This document shows, piece by piece, positions 37,717 to 47,735 of a stretch of 64,000 nt of DNA; the stretch's first letter is position 1; each line of letters begins with the position of its first letter. Source of the DNA: Planctomycetota bacterium (lineage in GTDB: Bacteria > Planctomycetota > UBA1135 > UBA2386); contig OZ245006.1 in assembly GCA_965223545.1 (NCBI GenBank), forward strand, positions 5,472,001 through 5,536,000, read 5' to 3'. The notes beneath the pieces were generated by a model. It did no database searches and was not told where the DNA came from. It worked only from the letters and a program-made list of their open reading frames with translations. The translations under genes were made by a program, and so were the position numbers.

Positions 37717-39018
37717 ATGCTCTCCGTCTTTGCCGGTCGCCGGCAGCGTCTGCTCGACGCGCTCGGCGACGGGCTGCTGATCCTGCCGACCGCGCCGGAG
37801 ACTCTGCGCAACGGCGACGTGCACCACGAGTACCGGCCGGGCAGCGAGTTCACCTATCTCTGTGGGTTCGCCGAGCCCGAAGCCGTGCTGGTGGCGTGGC
37901 GCGAGGGCGCGCGGCACCGCGCCGAGCTGTTCGTGCGGCCGCGCGACCGCGAGATGGAGATCTGGAACGGCCGTCGGGCCGGCGTGCGCGGCGCCCTGCG
38001 GACGACCGGTGTCGACGCGGCGCACGAGATCGGCGCGCTGTGGGACAAGATGCCCGCGCTGATCGGGGACCACACCCAGCTGTTCTACGCGCTGGGGCGC
38101 GACCGCGCGTTCGACGACGCCCTGCTCGCCTGTTGCCGCAAGGTGGCGATCGCCGCGCGGCGGCGGCGCACCCCGGCCAACCCGGCGATCGTCGATCCGA
38201 CGCCGGCGCTCGCCGAGCAGCGCATCGTCAAGGCGCCCGAGGAGATCGCGCTGCTCGAGCGCGCCGCCGAGGTCACCGCCGCCGGCCACGTCGCGGCGAT
38301 GCGCGCGGCCCGGCCCGGTGCCACCGAGTATCAGGTGCAGGCGGCGCTCGAGGCGGAATTCCGGCGCCGCGGCTCGCCGCGCAACGGCTACCCGTCGATC
38401 GTCGCCAGCGGAGCCAACGCGTGCATCCTGCACTACGTCGAGAACCGCCGCACCATGCGCAGCGGCGACCTGCTGTTGATCGACGCCGGCGCCGAGCTGG
38501 GCGGCTACACCGCGGACATCACGCGGACGTTTCCGGTCAACGGCACCTTCTCGCAGGAGCAACGCGCGGTCTACCGCATCGTGCTGCGCGCGCAGAAGGC
38601 CGGCATTCGGGCCGCAAAGGCGGGGGCCGGTTGTGACGCGCCGCACCGCGCGTGTGTGCGCCACTTGACCAAGGGCCTGGTCGAGCTCGGCGTGCTGCGC
38701 GGCGACCCGGCCGCGCTGATCAAGCGCCAGGCCTATCGGCCGTACTACATGCACGGCACCAGTCACTGGCTGGGGCTCGACGTGCACGATGCCGGGGTCT
38801 ATCAGCGCGGCGGTCGGGCCGCGCCCCTCCAGGCCGGCAACGTGCTGACGGTCGAGCCCGGCCTCTACTTCGGTACCGATCGACAAGTGCCGCGCGCGCT
38901 CCGCGGCATCGGCATCCGCATCGAGGACGACGTGCTGGTCACCGACGACGGGCCGCGGGTGTTGAGCGGCGGCGTGCCGAAGGAGATCACCGAGGTCGAG
39001 CGCGCGTGCCAGGCGTGA
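37717..39018 (+). CDS. pepP: Xaa-Pro aminopeptidase (M24B)
   Basis: RNGDV.HEYR..S.F.YL.GF.EP, IVASGANACILHY, LIDAG.E..GY.ADITRTFP, HGTSHWLGLDVHD, TVEPGLY and GIRIEDD. Confidence 0.96.
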   Translation: MLSVFAGRRQRLLDALGDGLLILPTAPETLRNGDVHHEYRPGSEFTYLCGFAEPEAVLVAWREGARHRAELFVRPRDREMEIWNGRRAGVRGALRTTGVDAAHEIGALWDKMPALIGDHTQLFYALGRDRAFDDALLACCRKVAIAARRRRTPANPAIVDPTPALAEQRIVKAPEEIALLERAAEVTAAGHVAAMRAARPGATEYQVQAALEAEFRRRGSPRNGYPSIVASGANACILHYVENRRTMRSGDLLLIDAGAELGGYTADITRTFPVNGTFSQEQRAVYRIVLRAQKAGIRAAKAGAGCDAPHRACVRHLTKGLVELGVLRGDPAALIKRQAYRPYYMHGTSHWLGLDVHDAGVYQRGGRAAPLQAGNVLTVEPGLYFGTDRQVPRALRGIGIRIEDDVLVTDDGPRVLSGGVPKEITEVERACQA

Positions 39019-39022
39019 GGCG

Positions 39023-41020
39023 TCAGCGCGCCAGCAGCGCCTCGAGCCGGGCGCGCATGCTGTCGCGCCGCGCCTTGCCGGCCTCGGTGTCGATCAGGTT
39101 GTCGAGCTGCTCGACGTCCTTGCGCAGGTCGTACAGCTCTTCGGTGTCGTCGCCGTTCCACAGGTACTGATAGCCGTCGGCCATCAGCGAGCGGATGCCG
39201 TCGTAGCCCATCGGGCCGAGCTGCTCCTGCGGTAGGTTCATCGAGTTGCGGGCGACGACCGAAGCGACTGCCGGCGACACCGTCGGGCGGTCGCCGCCCG
39301 CGGCGGGGTTCAACAGCGGTGCCAGCGAGTGGCCGGGCAGCGGCGGCCGGGCAGTCACGCCGACCAGGTCGAGGATGGTGGCGGGCAGGTCGACCAGCGA
39401 GACGAACTCGTCGACGCGCGTGGCGGCGGGGACCCGCGGCGGAAACGAGATCACCAAGGGCAGGTGTAGCAGTGGCAGGTAGAGGCTGTTGCCGTGCCCG
39501 GTCAGGTCGTGCTCGCCGAACTGCTCGCCGTGATCGCCGGTGACGATCAGCACGGTGTTGTCCAGCTGCCCGTGCTCGCGCAAGTCTTGGACGATGGCCG
39601 CGATCCAGTCGTCGATGTAGTGGATGCAGCCGTCGTAGGCGTCGACGTAGCCCTGCATCACCTCCGGCCCGTACATGCCGCCGTTTTGCCAGGAGTGCAG
39701 GTGGGGGCTGCGCGGGCCGAACTCCTCGTCGTAGCCGGGCGGGGCGATGTAGAGCCCGTGCGCGTCGAAGTAGTTCAAGAAGGCGAAGAACGGCCGCCCG
39801 TCGAGACCGGCCTTCCAGTCGAGGTAGCCGGTGGTGACGCGCTCCGCGCTGCCGCGCACCAATCCCTCGAAGCGCCGGTAGCCGAGCGCGTCGGTGATCT
39901 CGTCGCCGAGGCTCGTCATCCACGCCAGGCTGCCCGCGTCGACGGCAAAGTCCTCGTAGTGCACGAAGCCCCGCGCGATGCCCCACTCGGCCGAGCAGTA
40001 GGCGAGGTTGCCGACGAAGCCGCCGGTGGCGTAGCCGTGGTCGCGCAGCACCTCGGCCAGCGTGGTCGGTCCGTCGTCGAGCGGTACGGTCCAGTTGGCG
40101 GTGTTCTGGTGCGTGTAGCGGCCGGTGAACATCGACGCGTGCGAGGACAACGTCCACGGTGCGGTGGAGAAGAACCACTCGAACACCGTGCCGTCGGCGG
40201 CGATCGCGTCGATCGCCGGCGTCGTCGGCCGCTCGTAGCCGTAGGCGCCGAGGTGGTCGGCGCACACCGTGTCGAGCACGATGAGCACGACGTTGGGGGC
40301 ATCCGGCGCGGCGGCGGGAAGCTCCGCCATGGCGGTCGACTCACGCGTGCGCTCGACGATGGGCTGCGCGATGGCGACCACGGCCAGCGCCGCGATGATC
40401 CAAAGCGTGCTGCGGCGCGCCAAGCGGCGCAGGCCTGCGCTGCGCGAAGCGGCGACCCGCGCGGCCTGCCAGCCGATGCCCAGCGCGAGCACCGCGATGG
40501 CGAGCGGCGCCAAGCTGCCGTGCAGCACGGCCTGACTCCAGCCGCCGAGCGTCGCCAAACCGAACACCAGCACGGCGACCGGCATCGCCCACCACCGCCC
40601 TGCCAGCAGGGTGCACGCCGCGCCGAGGACACCGAACACCGCGCCATACAGCAATGGGACCAGCCAGTAGAACTCTCGCGGTTGGCGGATCTCGACCTCG
40701 AAGCCGTGCTTGAGCACCACGCGTTGCACCACTTCGGCGATGCCGACCAGGAGACCGAGCCAGAGCGCGACGCGGGTCGCGTCCCCAAGGCCGAGCCGCG
40801 GTGCATCGGCGAACCGCCGCGCGATCCACTGGCGCCGGCGCGGGCAGGCGAACAGCCCGACGAGCGCCAGCGCTGCCCCGGCGGCGATCACCGTCGCCTG
40901 TTGCCAGCCGATGCCGGGCCGGCCGCCGAGCAGGGAATCGGCCGCCCAGGCGCCGGCGATCGCGAGGAGGCCGAGCGCCAACGCGGCGTTGGCCAGAATC
41001 GAGCTGCGGTGTTGCGTCAT
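39023..41020 (-). CDS. Membrane-anchored sulfatase-like hydrolase/transferase (alkaline phosphatase superfamily)
   Basis: Several N-terminal TM segments; PNVVLIVLDT, PWTLSSHASMFTG, NYFDAH and TGDHGE.FGEH...HG. Confidence 0.88.
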   Translation of the reverse strand: MTQHRSSILANAALALGLLAIAGAWAADSLLGGRPGIGWQQATVIAAGAALALVGLFACPRRRQWIARRFADAPRLGLGDATRVALWLGLLVGIAEVVQRVVLKHGFEVEIRQPREFYWLVPLLYGAVFGVLGAACTLLAGRWWAMPVAVLVFGLATLGGWSQAVLHGSLAPLAIAVLALGIGWQAARVAASRSAGLRRLARRSTLWIIAALAVVAIAQPIVERTRESTAMAELPAAAPDAPNVVLIVLDTVCADHLGAYGYERPTTPAIDAIAADGTVFEWFFSTAPWTLSSHASMFTGRYTHQNTANWTVPLDDGPTTLAEVLRDHGYATGGFVGNLAYCSAEWGIARGFVHYEDFAVDAGSLAWMTSLGDEITDALGYRRFEGLVRGSAERVTTGYLDWKAGLDGRPFFAFLNYFDAHGLYIAPPGYDEEFGPRSPHLHSWQNGGMYGPEVMQGYVDAYDGCIHYIDDWIAAIVQDLREHGQLDNTVLIVTGDHGEQFGEHDLTGHGNSLYLPLLHLPLVISFPPRVPAATRVDEFVSLVDLPATILDLVGVTARPPLPGHSLAPLLNPAAGGDRPTVSPAVASVVARNSMNLPQEQLGPMGYDGIRSLMADGYQYLWNGDDTEELYDLRKDVEQLDNLIDTEAGKARRDSMRARLEALLAR

Positions 41021-42345
41021 GGTCGGGTCGCGGGCGCCGGCGCCTCCGCCGTGCGCGGAACGCTGAAGCGCCAGGCGGTGACGATCGACGCGGCGAGCAT
41101 CGCGGTCAACACCAGGAGCGTGTACGCCGCGTGCGGCGCCCAGCCCGGCGGGTAGTCGAGCGGCACGTTGGGCGCCAGCGCCACGCAGGCGAGGACCACC
41201 GCGGCGAGCTGCCAGCCCCGCGCGAATCCCGCCAGCAGCAGCGCGAGCCACAGCGATGAGATGACTCCGTACACCCACGGCACGAACGGGCTCTGCAGCT
41301 GCGCCACCGTCAGCAGCGCGAGCCATAGGCAGGCTTGTCGCAGCCGGTCACCGTCGTCGCGCGGCGGCGCCGACCGGCGCAGCCCGATCCAGAGCACGAA
41401 GATACCGATCAACACGGTGTAGATGCGGCCGACGAGGCTTGCCCACGCCGGCGCCCGGTCGAAGCCCATCAGCTGCAGCTTGTGCATCACGTCGACGGCC
41501 GACATGTTGGCGACGCGCGGGCGCGCGCATTCGCCGAGGCGTGCAAAGGCGTCGCCGCTGGCCAGCCGTGGCACGTGGTACTCGAAGAAGGCGACCAGCG
41601 GCTGGACCCCGAGCACCACCGCGGTCAGCGCCGTGTACGCGAGCATCGCCCCGACCGTGTACGCCACCGGCCGCCAGCGGCGCTGCAAAAAGAGGTAGCC
41701 GAGCAAGACGATCGGCCAGATCTTCATCAGGATGGCGAAGCCGAGGCACGCCGCGCCGAGCACGTTGCGGCCGCTCTGCATGCCGAGCATGCCCAGCATG
41801 GCCAGGGCGAGCACCGCGGCGTGTACGTTGCCGATCTGCATCGAGAGATGCATGGTCGGCACGCAGAACAGGGCGGGAAACCACAACAGCTGCGGCCGGT
41901 CGCGCAGCGCGCCGCACCAGACCGCGACGCAGCCGGCGGCCAGCAACACCAGCAGCACGCTGAACACGTACCATGCCGCCCGCACATGGAAGAAGTCGCC
42001 GAACAGCCACACGAACGCGTGCGGCAGCAGCAAGAACTGCGGTGGATACAGGTAGCGGTCCATGCCGAACACCCCGCGCACCGCCTCGTGGGTCGAGGTC
42101 GGCGCGCCGCCGCCCTCGTAGTGCGCCACGTCCCAGGGGTTCTCCGCCCCGGCGGCCGCCAGCTGGGCCGCCGCCACGTATGCCGTCAAGCAGTTGTGAT
42201 CGGTGCCGAACCCGCCGCGCTCGGCGATGAACCGCTGATCGTGCACGTCGAACGCGAACGTCCCGGTCGCCACGATCCACCCCGCGCCGACCAGCGCCAA
42301 CACCACGCCCGAAACCCAAAACGCCGAGCGAAACGAACCGTACAC
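41017..42345 (-). CDS. GT87/DUF2029 membrane glycosyltransferase
   Basis: YLYPPQF, QIGN and KIWP motifs; polytopic membrane protein; stop overlaps the next ATG. Confidence 0.82.
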   Translation of the reverse strand: MYGSFRSAFWVSGVVLALVGAGWIVATGTFAFDVHDQRFIAERGGFGTDHNCLTAYVAAAQLAAAGAENPWDVAHYEGGGAPTSTHEAVRGVFGMDRYLYPPQFLLLPHAFVWLFGDFFHVRAAWYVFSVLLVLLAAGCVAVWCGALRDRPQLLWFPALFCVPTMHLSMQIGNVHAAVLALAMLGMLGMQSGRNVLGAACLGFAILMKIWPIVLLGYLFLQRRWRPVAYTVGAMLAYTALTAVVLGVQPLVAFFEYHVPRLASGDAFARLGECARPRVANMSAVDVMHKLQLMGFDRAPAWASLVGRIYTVLIGIFVLWIGLRRSAPPRDDGDRLRQACLWLALLTVAQLQSPFVPWVYGVISSLWLALLLAGFARGWQLAAVVLACVALAPNVPLDYPPGWAPHAAYTLLVLTAMLAASIVTAWRFSVPRTAEAPAPATRP

Positions 42346-42354
42346 CCAAGGAAG

Positions 42355-42372
42355 AGTACCGAGTCAGGCTCG
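42355..42372 (+). repeat. Dispersed REP-like motif copy AGTACCGAGTCAGGCTCG
   Basis: Matches copies at 36045, 51018 and 57286; intergenic. Confidence 0.7.
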
Positions 42373-42398
42373 ATCTTCCCACTTCGCGATCCCGGCCC

Positions 42399-45300
42399 TC
42401 ACCGCTTCGCGGCGTCGACGCGCAGCTGCAATCCGCGCGCGCCATTTGGGGTCGCGACCTCGACCGTGGCCGGCAGCACGGCGTACTCGACGCCCCGGGC
42501 GAACACCTCGACGGCGTAGGTCCCTGTCGGCACGTCTTCGAAGCGGAAGGTCCCGCTCGCGTCGAGAGGTTGAATGTGAAAGCGATCCGCGTTGTGGAAG
42601 CCCAGGCGCGCGCCGGCCGGAGCGCCGATCGCTCGGCCGGAAACGATCGACCGCGGCTGCGCCGCTACGATCAGCGGGTCGCCCGCCGGCACCTCGACGC
42701 CCCGGGCCTCGGCGCGGTGGTCGGCGCTGGTCGCCGTGATCGCGTAGGTCCCGTGCGGCAGCGTCAGCTCGAAACGACCCTCAACATCGAGGATGCCGCG
42801 TACCTCGGTGGTACCACCCGCCAACGAGGCGACGGCGCGCACTTCTCCGCGACCGATTCCGGCGCGACCACCGGCACGCACCTCTCCCCGCACGGTCCCG
42901 ACCGGCCAGTCGAGCTGCAACGAAGTCGCTTCCGCCGCCGCGCATTGCACCGTGCCCCGCCACCAGATCGTCTCGCCCTCGACCAGGCGCAGCCGGTGCT
43001 CGCCCGGCGCGATCGCGGCGACCGCAAAGCGACCCAACGCGTCGGTGCGCGCCAGCTCGTCGGTGCTGCCGATCCAATCCTCCCGTTCGCGCAGCACGGC
43101 GACCCCGGCGCGCGGCTTGCCACCGACGTTCAGCTGGCCCAGCAACCGCGCGGCGGCCACTCCCGGCGGTGGCGCGGTGCGATCGAGGTCGAGCGTGACT
43201 TCGGCGGTCTCGGCGCGCGCCACGGTGACCGTCGTCGACGCGGCGTCGGGGGCCAAGAGGCTCTCGAACACCGCCCGGCGCAGATGGTCGATCCACGCCG
43301 ACACCGACGTCAACACCGCTTCCCGGCGCACGGCGACGATGCGATAGGAGCCCGGCGTCAGCCCGGTGGCGCGGAACCGGCCGTCGCGGTCGAGCGCCAC
43401 CTGCGCGGTGCGCCACGGCATGCCGGAGCCCGGCCGCGGATCGGTGCGCTCGAGGCGCATCATCCAGTGCTCGGGCGGCGCCGGCTTGCCGCGCTCGGTG
43501 AGCGTGCCGCGCACCGTTGCTGTCCCCGGCAGCTGGACTTCGACCGGCGCGCCGGCGGGCGTCGTGACGACGACGCTGGCTTGGCCGTGCCGGCCGTGCT
43601 CGACGGCGACGTGCACTGTGCCCCGCGCCATCCCGTCGACTCGCAGCCGGCCATCGGCGCCGGTCCGACCGACCAGGGACGGCAGTCGCGACCAGCGCGG
43701 CAACCCGTACGAGCTGGGGAGGATCGCGTGTGTCCACGGCGCTGTGGGCTCGCTGTCGGCGAACACGCGCGCGCCGGCCACTGGCGCCCCGCCCGCGCCG
43801 ACGACGGCGACGTCGAATGCGCTGGCCGCCGCCAGCGCGACGGTCGGTGGCGACGCGGTGGGGTGCTGGACACGGACGAGCGTGTGCGCGTAGCCCTCGA
43901 CGCGGACGTCGATCGTGTAGATGCCCGGTTCCAAGGAGCCGAGCGCGACGAGGTCGCCGTCGACCGAGGCCACTCGCGGCGCCAGCACCGCCTGCAGCCC
44001 GGCCCGGTCGAATTCGCCCAGCGGCGGGCCGACGCGCAGGCGCGCTTCGATCGACGCCAGTGCGTCCGCATCGGGCGTGGGCTCGCCCATGACGCGCAGC
44101 ACGAGGGGCGGGGTTGGCGGCAGCGCGACGCGCACGTGCTCGCCACTGTCGAACGGACCCCGGCACACCCACCGATGCGCAGGGCTGCGGCGCGCGGCGA
44201 CCAGCACGTCGCCATCCGGGAGCCCTTCGGCGACGAAACCGCCGCGGACGTCGGTGTGCACGGTGGCGGCACACAACGCCACGCCGAAGAACGGTCGGCG
44301 CCCGAGCGGCGCCAGCCGCACCTCGGCGCCCGGCACCGGCGCACCGGTCGGGTCGATGACGACCCCGGCGGTGACCACGCCGGCATCGACCCGCAGGTCG
44401 CCCAGCGCCCGTGTCCGCCCCGGCGCGACGGTCGTCTGCCGCGCGGTCGGCGCGGCCCCGGCGACCTGCACGCACACCAGGTTGGGCCCCGGCTCGACGC
44501 CCACCAGCTCGAACTCGCCGGCCGCGTCGGCCACCGTCGTCGGCAGCGGCAGCAGGCGCAGGACGGTCTCGGCCCAGCCGGGATCCTCGAGCACGTGCAG
44601 CGCGAGGTCCGGCGATTCGGCGTCCAAGGTCTCCGTGAACAGCCGGCCGAGGTGGCTGCGCAGGCGGCGGGCGAACGCGGCGTCCGCCTCGTCGGGAGCC
44701 GGTTCCGGCAGCGCGATCAAGGCGCCACGCTCGGTCGAGAGGCGCTCGATCGGCAAGAGCGCGCGCAGTGCGCCGAGCCCGTCGCCGCAGGTCACCCTCG
44801 CCCCGGCCGCCGGTCGACCGTCGGCCAACAGAACGCGGCCGCGGATCGCGCCCTTGCGCGCCAGCACGATGTCGCCGACGTCCGTGGTCTCGCCGGCGAC
44901 GAGAGTGTGCGCCAGCAGGTGCAGGCCGTCGTTGGCGGTGCCGCGGGCGAGCCGCAGCGCGCACCGCGAGCGCGGCGGTGTCGCGGTGAACACGAAGCGG
45001 CCGTCGCGACCGGTCGTCGTCGCCAACGTGGTGACGTCGATGCCGTCGCCGTCGCGGCCGGCGAACAGCGACAGTGGATCGATGCCGAGCAGCTCGACGT
45101 CGAGGTCGGCCACTGGGGTGAGCCGCGGTCCGAGGACTCGTCCGCGGATCACGGCCATCGGAGGCTCCGCGGTGGGGGAAGGGCTGCCCGCGCGGTCCGC
45201 GCCGCCGCCGCCGTCGCGTGCGCCGCTGCCGGTGCATCGTTCGCCGCGGGTTCGGCCGCGCGCGGCGCCGCGGGTGGCCCGGCGAGCTCGGTAGTGCTGG

Positions 45301-45815
45301 GCGGCGCCGTGTTCGCGGGCATCACTTGCCACAACGCGAGCCACACGCCGGCAATCAGCGCGACCGCCAGGCACGCCTTGCCAGCCACGGCGGCGGCACC
45401 GTCGGCCGACGCCAGCCGCAGTCGGCCCGGTGGCGCCGCGCCCGGCCCCGGCAGCGCCAACCCGATGAGCGCCATGCTCCACCGCTGCCGGTCGCCACCG
45501 TGCCGTTGGTCGAGCGCCGTGCGCAGCTGCTCCAGTCCGCGCCGCAGCCGGGTGCGCACCGTCGCTCCCGGCACCGCGAGGCGGCGGCCGATCTCGCTCG
45601 GCGACACGTTCTCGAAGTAGCGCAGCACCACGGTCGTGCGATACGGCTCGGGCAGTCCCTTCAGTACCTCGATGACCGCGTGGCGGGCGTCTTCGCGCGC
45701 CAGGGCCTCGTCGACCGCTTCGCCGACCGGTGGCTTGCCCGCCGCCAGCAGCGCGCGTTCGCGCGCGCGCCGGCGCCCCGCGGTGCGACGCTCGTTGCGC
45801 GCCAACGCGCCGGCG
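42399..45815 (-). pseudogene. Broken ECF sigma factor fused to carboxypeptidase-regulatory-like repeats
   Basis: Sigma region 4 (LPEPYRTTVVLRYFE...EI...GATVRTRLRRGL) and a TM helix are in one frame; GRV...G.P.AGA.V repeats are in another frame from about 45158. The frame changes near a G5 run at 45174-45178, and sigma region 2 is mostly absent. Confidence 0.7.
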
Positions 45816-45934
45816 GCACTCGGTGCCCGCGCGGCGCGGGCGCCGATCCGAATAGAATGGGCGCAGCCAGAATCCTTGGCCAGCGCCCCCGTAGGGCGCG
45901 ACAGCTTGCTGGCCTCGCCGGCCACTTCCCGCAG

Positions 45935-46762
45935 ATGCCCCGATATCGAGTCCTGGTTCCCGCCGCAGCCCTCGCCGCCGCCGCGGGTCTGTGGTGGCGG
46001 GCGGAGGCGCCACCGCCGTCGCCCGCAGGCGCGGTCGCTCCCGGCGAGGGCCAGGCTGCGGTCGCTCCCGGCAGCCGAGCGCTCGCCGAGGCTCGGCTCG
46101 CCTACCAGCTCGACGCGGTCTCGGCGTTCGTCGAAGACCAGCGTCGGCGAACGCTCGACGAGCCGGGGCCCGAGCAGCAGCGCGTGCTCGCCGAGGCCCT
46201 GCTGGAGCGGGTGCTGGCTCGCGATCTGCACAAGGGCATGCGCGTCGGCGCGTTCGTCTCCGAGGCGACCTTCGCCGCCAGCCGTGCGGACATCGAGGAG
46301 GGGCTGCAGCTGGTGCGCGCCGCGCGCGCGGCGGGCGACGACAGCTCGGAGAGCTATCGCATCGAGGCTGGCCTGCTGTCCAGCCAGCTGACCGGGCTTG
46401 GCGCCGTGCTCGCCAACCGCAGCGCAATCCAGGAGGCGCTGGACGCGGCGTTGCAGCGCGACCCGCAAAACCCGCGGGCGCACGTCGCCCTCGGTTGCCG
46501 CAAGCTGCTGGTGCCGGCGTGGCTGGGACAAGACATCGACGGTGCCCTCGAGCACTTCGAGCAGGCGGCGGGCGCGTTGGTCAACGACGAGCGCCCGCAG
46601 GTGTTGGCGGCGTTCGCGCACTACCTCGGCGGCCGGTTGGATCGCTGCCGCGATTGGCTGCGCCGCGCCGCGGCCCGCAACCCACAAAACCGCTTCGTGC
46701 AGGCCGTGCTTGTGCGGCTCGACCGCGGTGACTCGGAGCCCTTCGAGCGCGACTTGCAGTAA
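45935..46762 (+). CDS. TPR-like helical repeat protein with an N-terminal anchor
   Basis: ALDAALQRDPQNPRAHVALG and WLRRAAARNPQN; N-terminal hydrophobic segment; TAGAAT at about 45854 upstream. Confidence 0.7.
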   Translation: MPRYRVLVPAAALAAAAGLWWRAEAPPPSPAGAVAPGEGQAAVAPGSRALAEARLAYQLDAVSAFVEDQRRRTLDEPGPEQQRVLAEALLERVLARDLHKGMRVGAFVSEATFAASRADIEEGLQLVRAARAAGDDSSESYRIEAGLLSSQLTGLGAVLANRSAIQEALDAALQRDPQNPRAHVALGCRKLLVPAWLGQDIDGALEHFEQAAGALVNDERPQVLAAFAHYLGGRLDRCRDWLRRAAARNPQNRFVQAVLVRLDRGDSEPFERDLQ

Positions 46763-46769
46763 GCGCGCC

Positions 46770-47735
46770 TCAGCGCCAGCCGGTGCGGGCGATGCGGCGC
46801 AGCTCGCCCGGTAGATCGTCGCCTTCGTAGAACGACAGCCAGCCGATGGCGCGCACCGTGGCGCCGGGCGCGCAGTCCGGCAGCCGGGGGTCGGCGTGCA
46901 TGCAGGGGCACGGTCCGTGGCTCCAGAGCTCGGCGTCGGGCACCCAACCGGTGATCACCCAGCGGTCGCCGCCCGCGGCGCGGCAGGCGGCGAACGGTGG
47001 CAGCAGAGTCTTGTTGGCGTCGGTCTGCGCGGCGAAGTCGGCGGCGTGGCCCAGCAGCGTGCAGCACTGCACGCGGAGGTCGGTCAGCGGCGCATTGCTG
47101 CCGTTGTAGAGCCACAGCTCGAACCGGACCTGCGCGCCGTCGGTGTCGGCCGCGCAGCCGAAACGGACGCCGTCGGGCAGCGCGCGCTCGATGCAGAGGC
47201 CGCCGTCGCCGGTCGGCGCCCACTCGAGCGGCGGCAGCGCCACCCCGGCTTCGCTCCAAACCGTCGGCAGATGCTCGTGCGCCAGATAGATCAGCTTGCC
47301 GTTGGCCCAGATCGCCTCGGGCACGTCGACGACCACGTAGGACTGGGCGTCCCAGGGCGTGAACACGCTGATCTTGGTTTCGCGCTGCGGATCGACGGCG
47401 CCTTCCAAGAAGCCGAGGCGCGGATGGCGGCCGCCCGGGTAGGGCCGCAGATGGATGGCGGTGGGGCGGTCTGCGTCGTCCGTCGGCGGTGCGGCGAGCA
47501 GGCGCTCGGCTTGCGCCAATGGGAGTCCGCTGGCGGCGCGCACCTCGGCCGGCGAGTAGCCGTGCGCGCGCATGTGCTCGAGCCAGACCTCGGCGTCGGC
47601 TGCGTCGGCGAACGGCCGCGCGCCGCGCGGCAGCGGGTCGGCCGATTCCGTCGCCGGGTCCGAGGTCGGTGGATGCGCGCAGGCGGCCGCGAGCGCGGCG
47701 ACGGCGACGAGCGCGGCGAGTGACGAGCGCGTCAC
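46770..47735 (-). CDS. Hypothetical lipoprotein
   Basis: Lipobox LAAAC after GTG 47735, which overlaps the upstream stop. Globular region PYPGGRHPRLGFLEGA...CPCMHADP. Confidence 0.65.
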   Translation of the reverse strand: MTRSSLAALVAVAALAAACAHPPTSDPATESADPLPRGARPFADAADAEVWLEHMRAHGYSPAEVRAASGLPLAQAERLLAAPPTDDADRPTAIHLRPYPGGRHPRLGFLEGAVDPQRETKISVFTPWDAQSYVVVDVPEAIWANGKLIYLAHEHLPTVWSEAGVALPPLEWAPTGDGGLCIERALPDGVRFGCAADTDGAQVRFELWLYNGSNAPLTDLRVQCCTLLGHAADFAAQTDANKTLLPPFAACRAAGGDRWVITGWVPDAELWSHGPCPCMHADPRLPDCAPGATVRAIGWLSFYEGDDLPGELRRIARTGWR

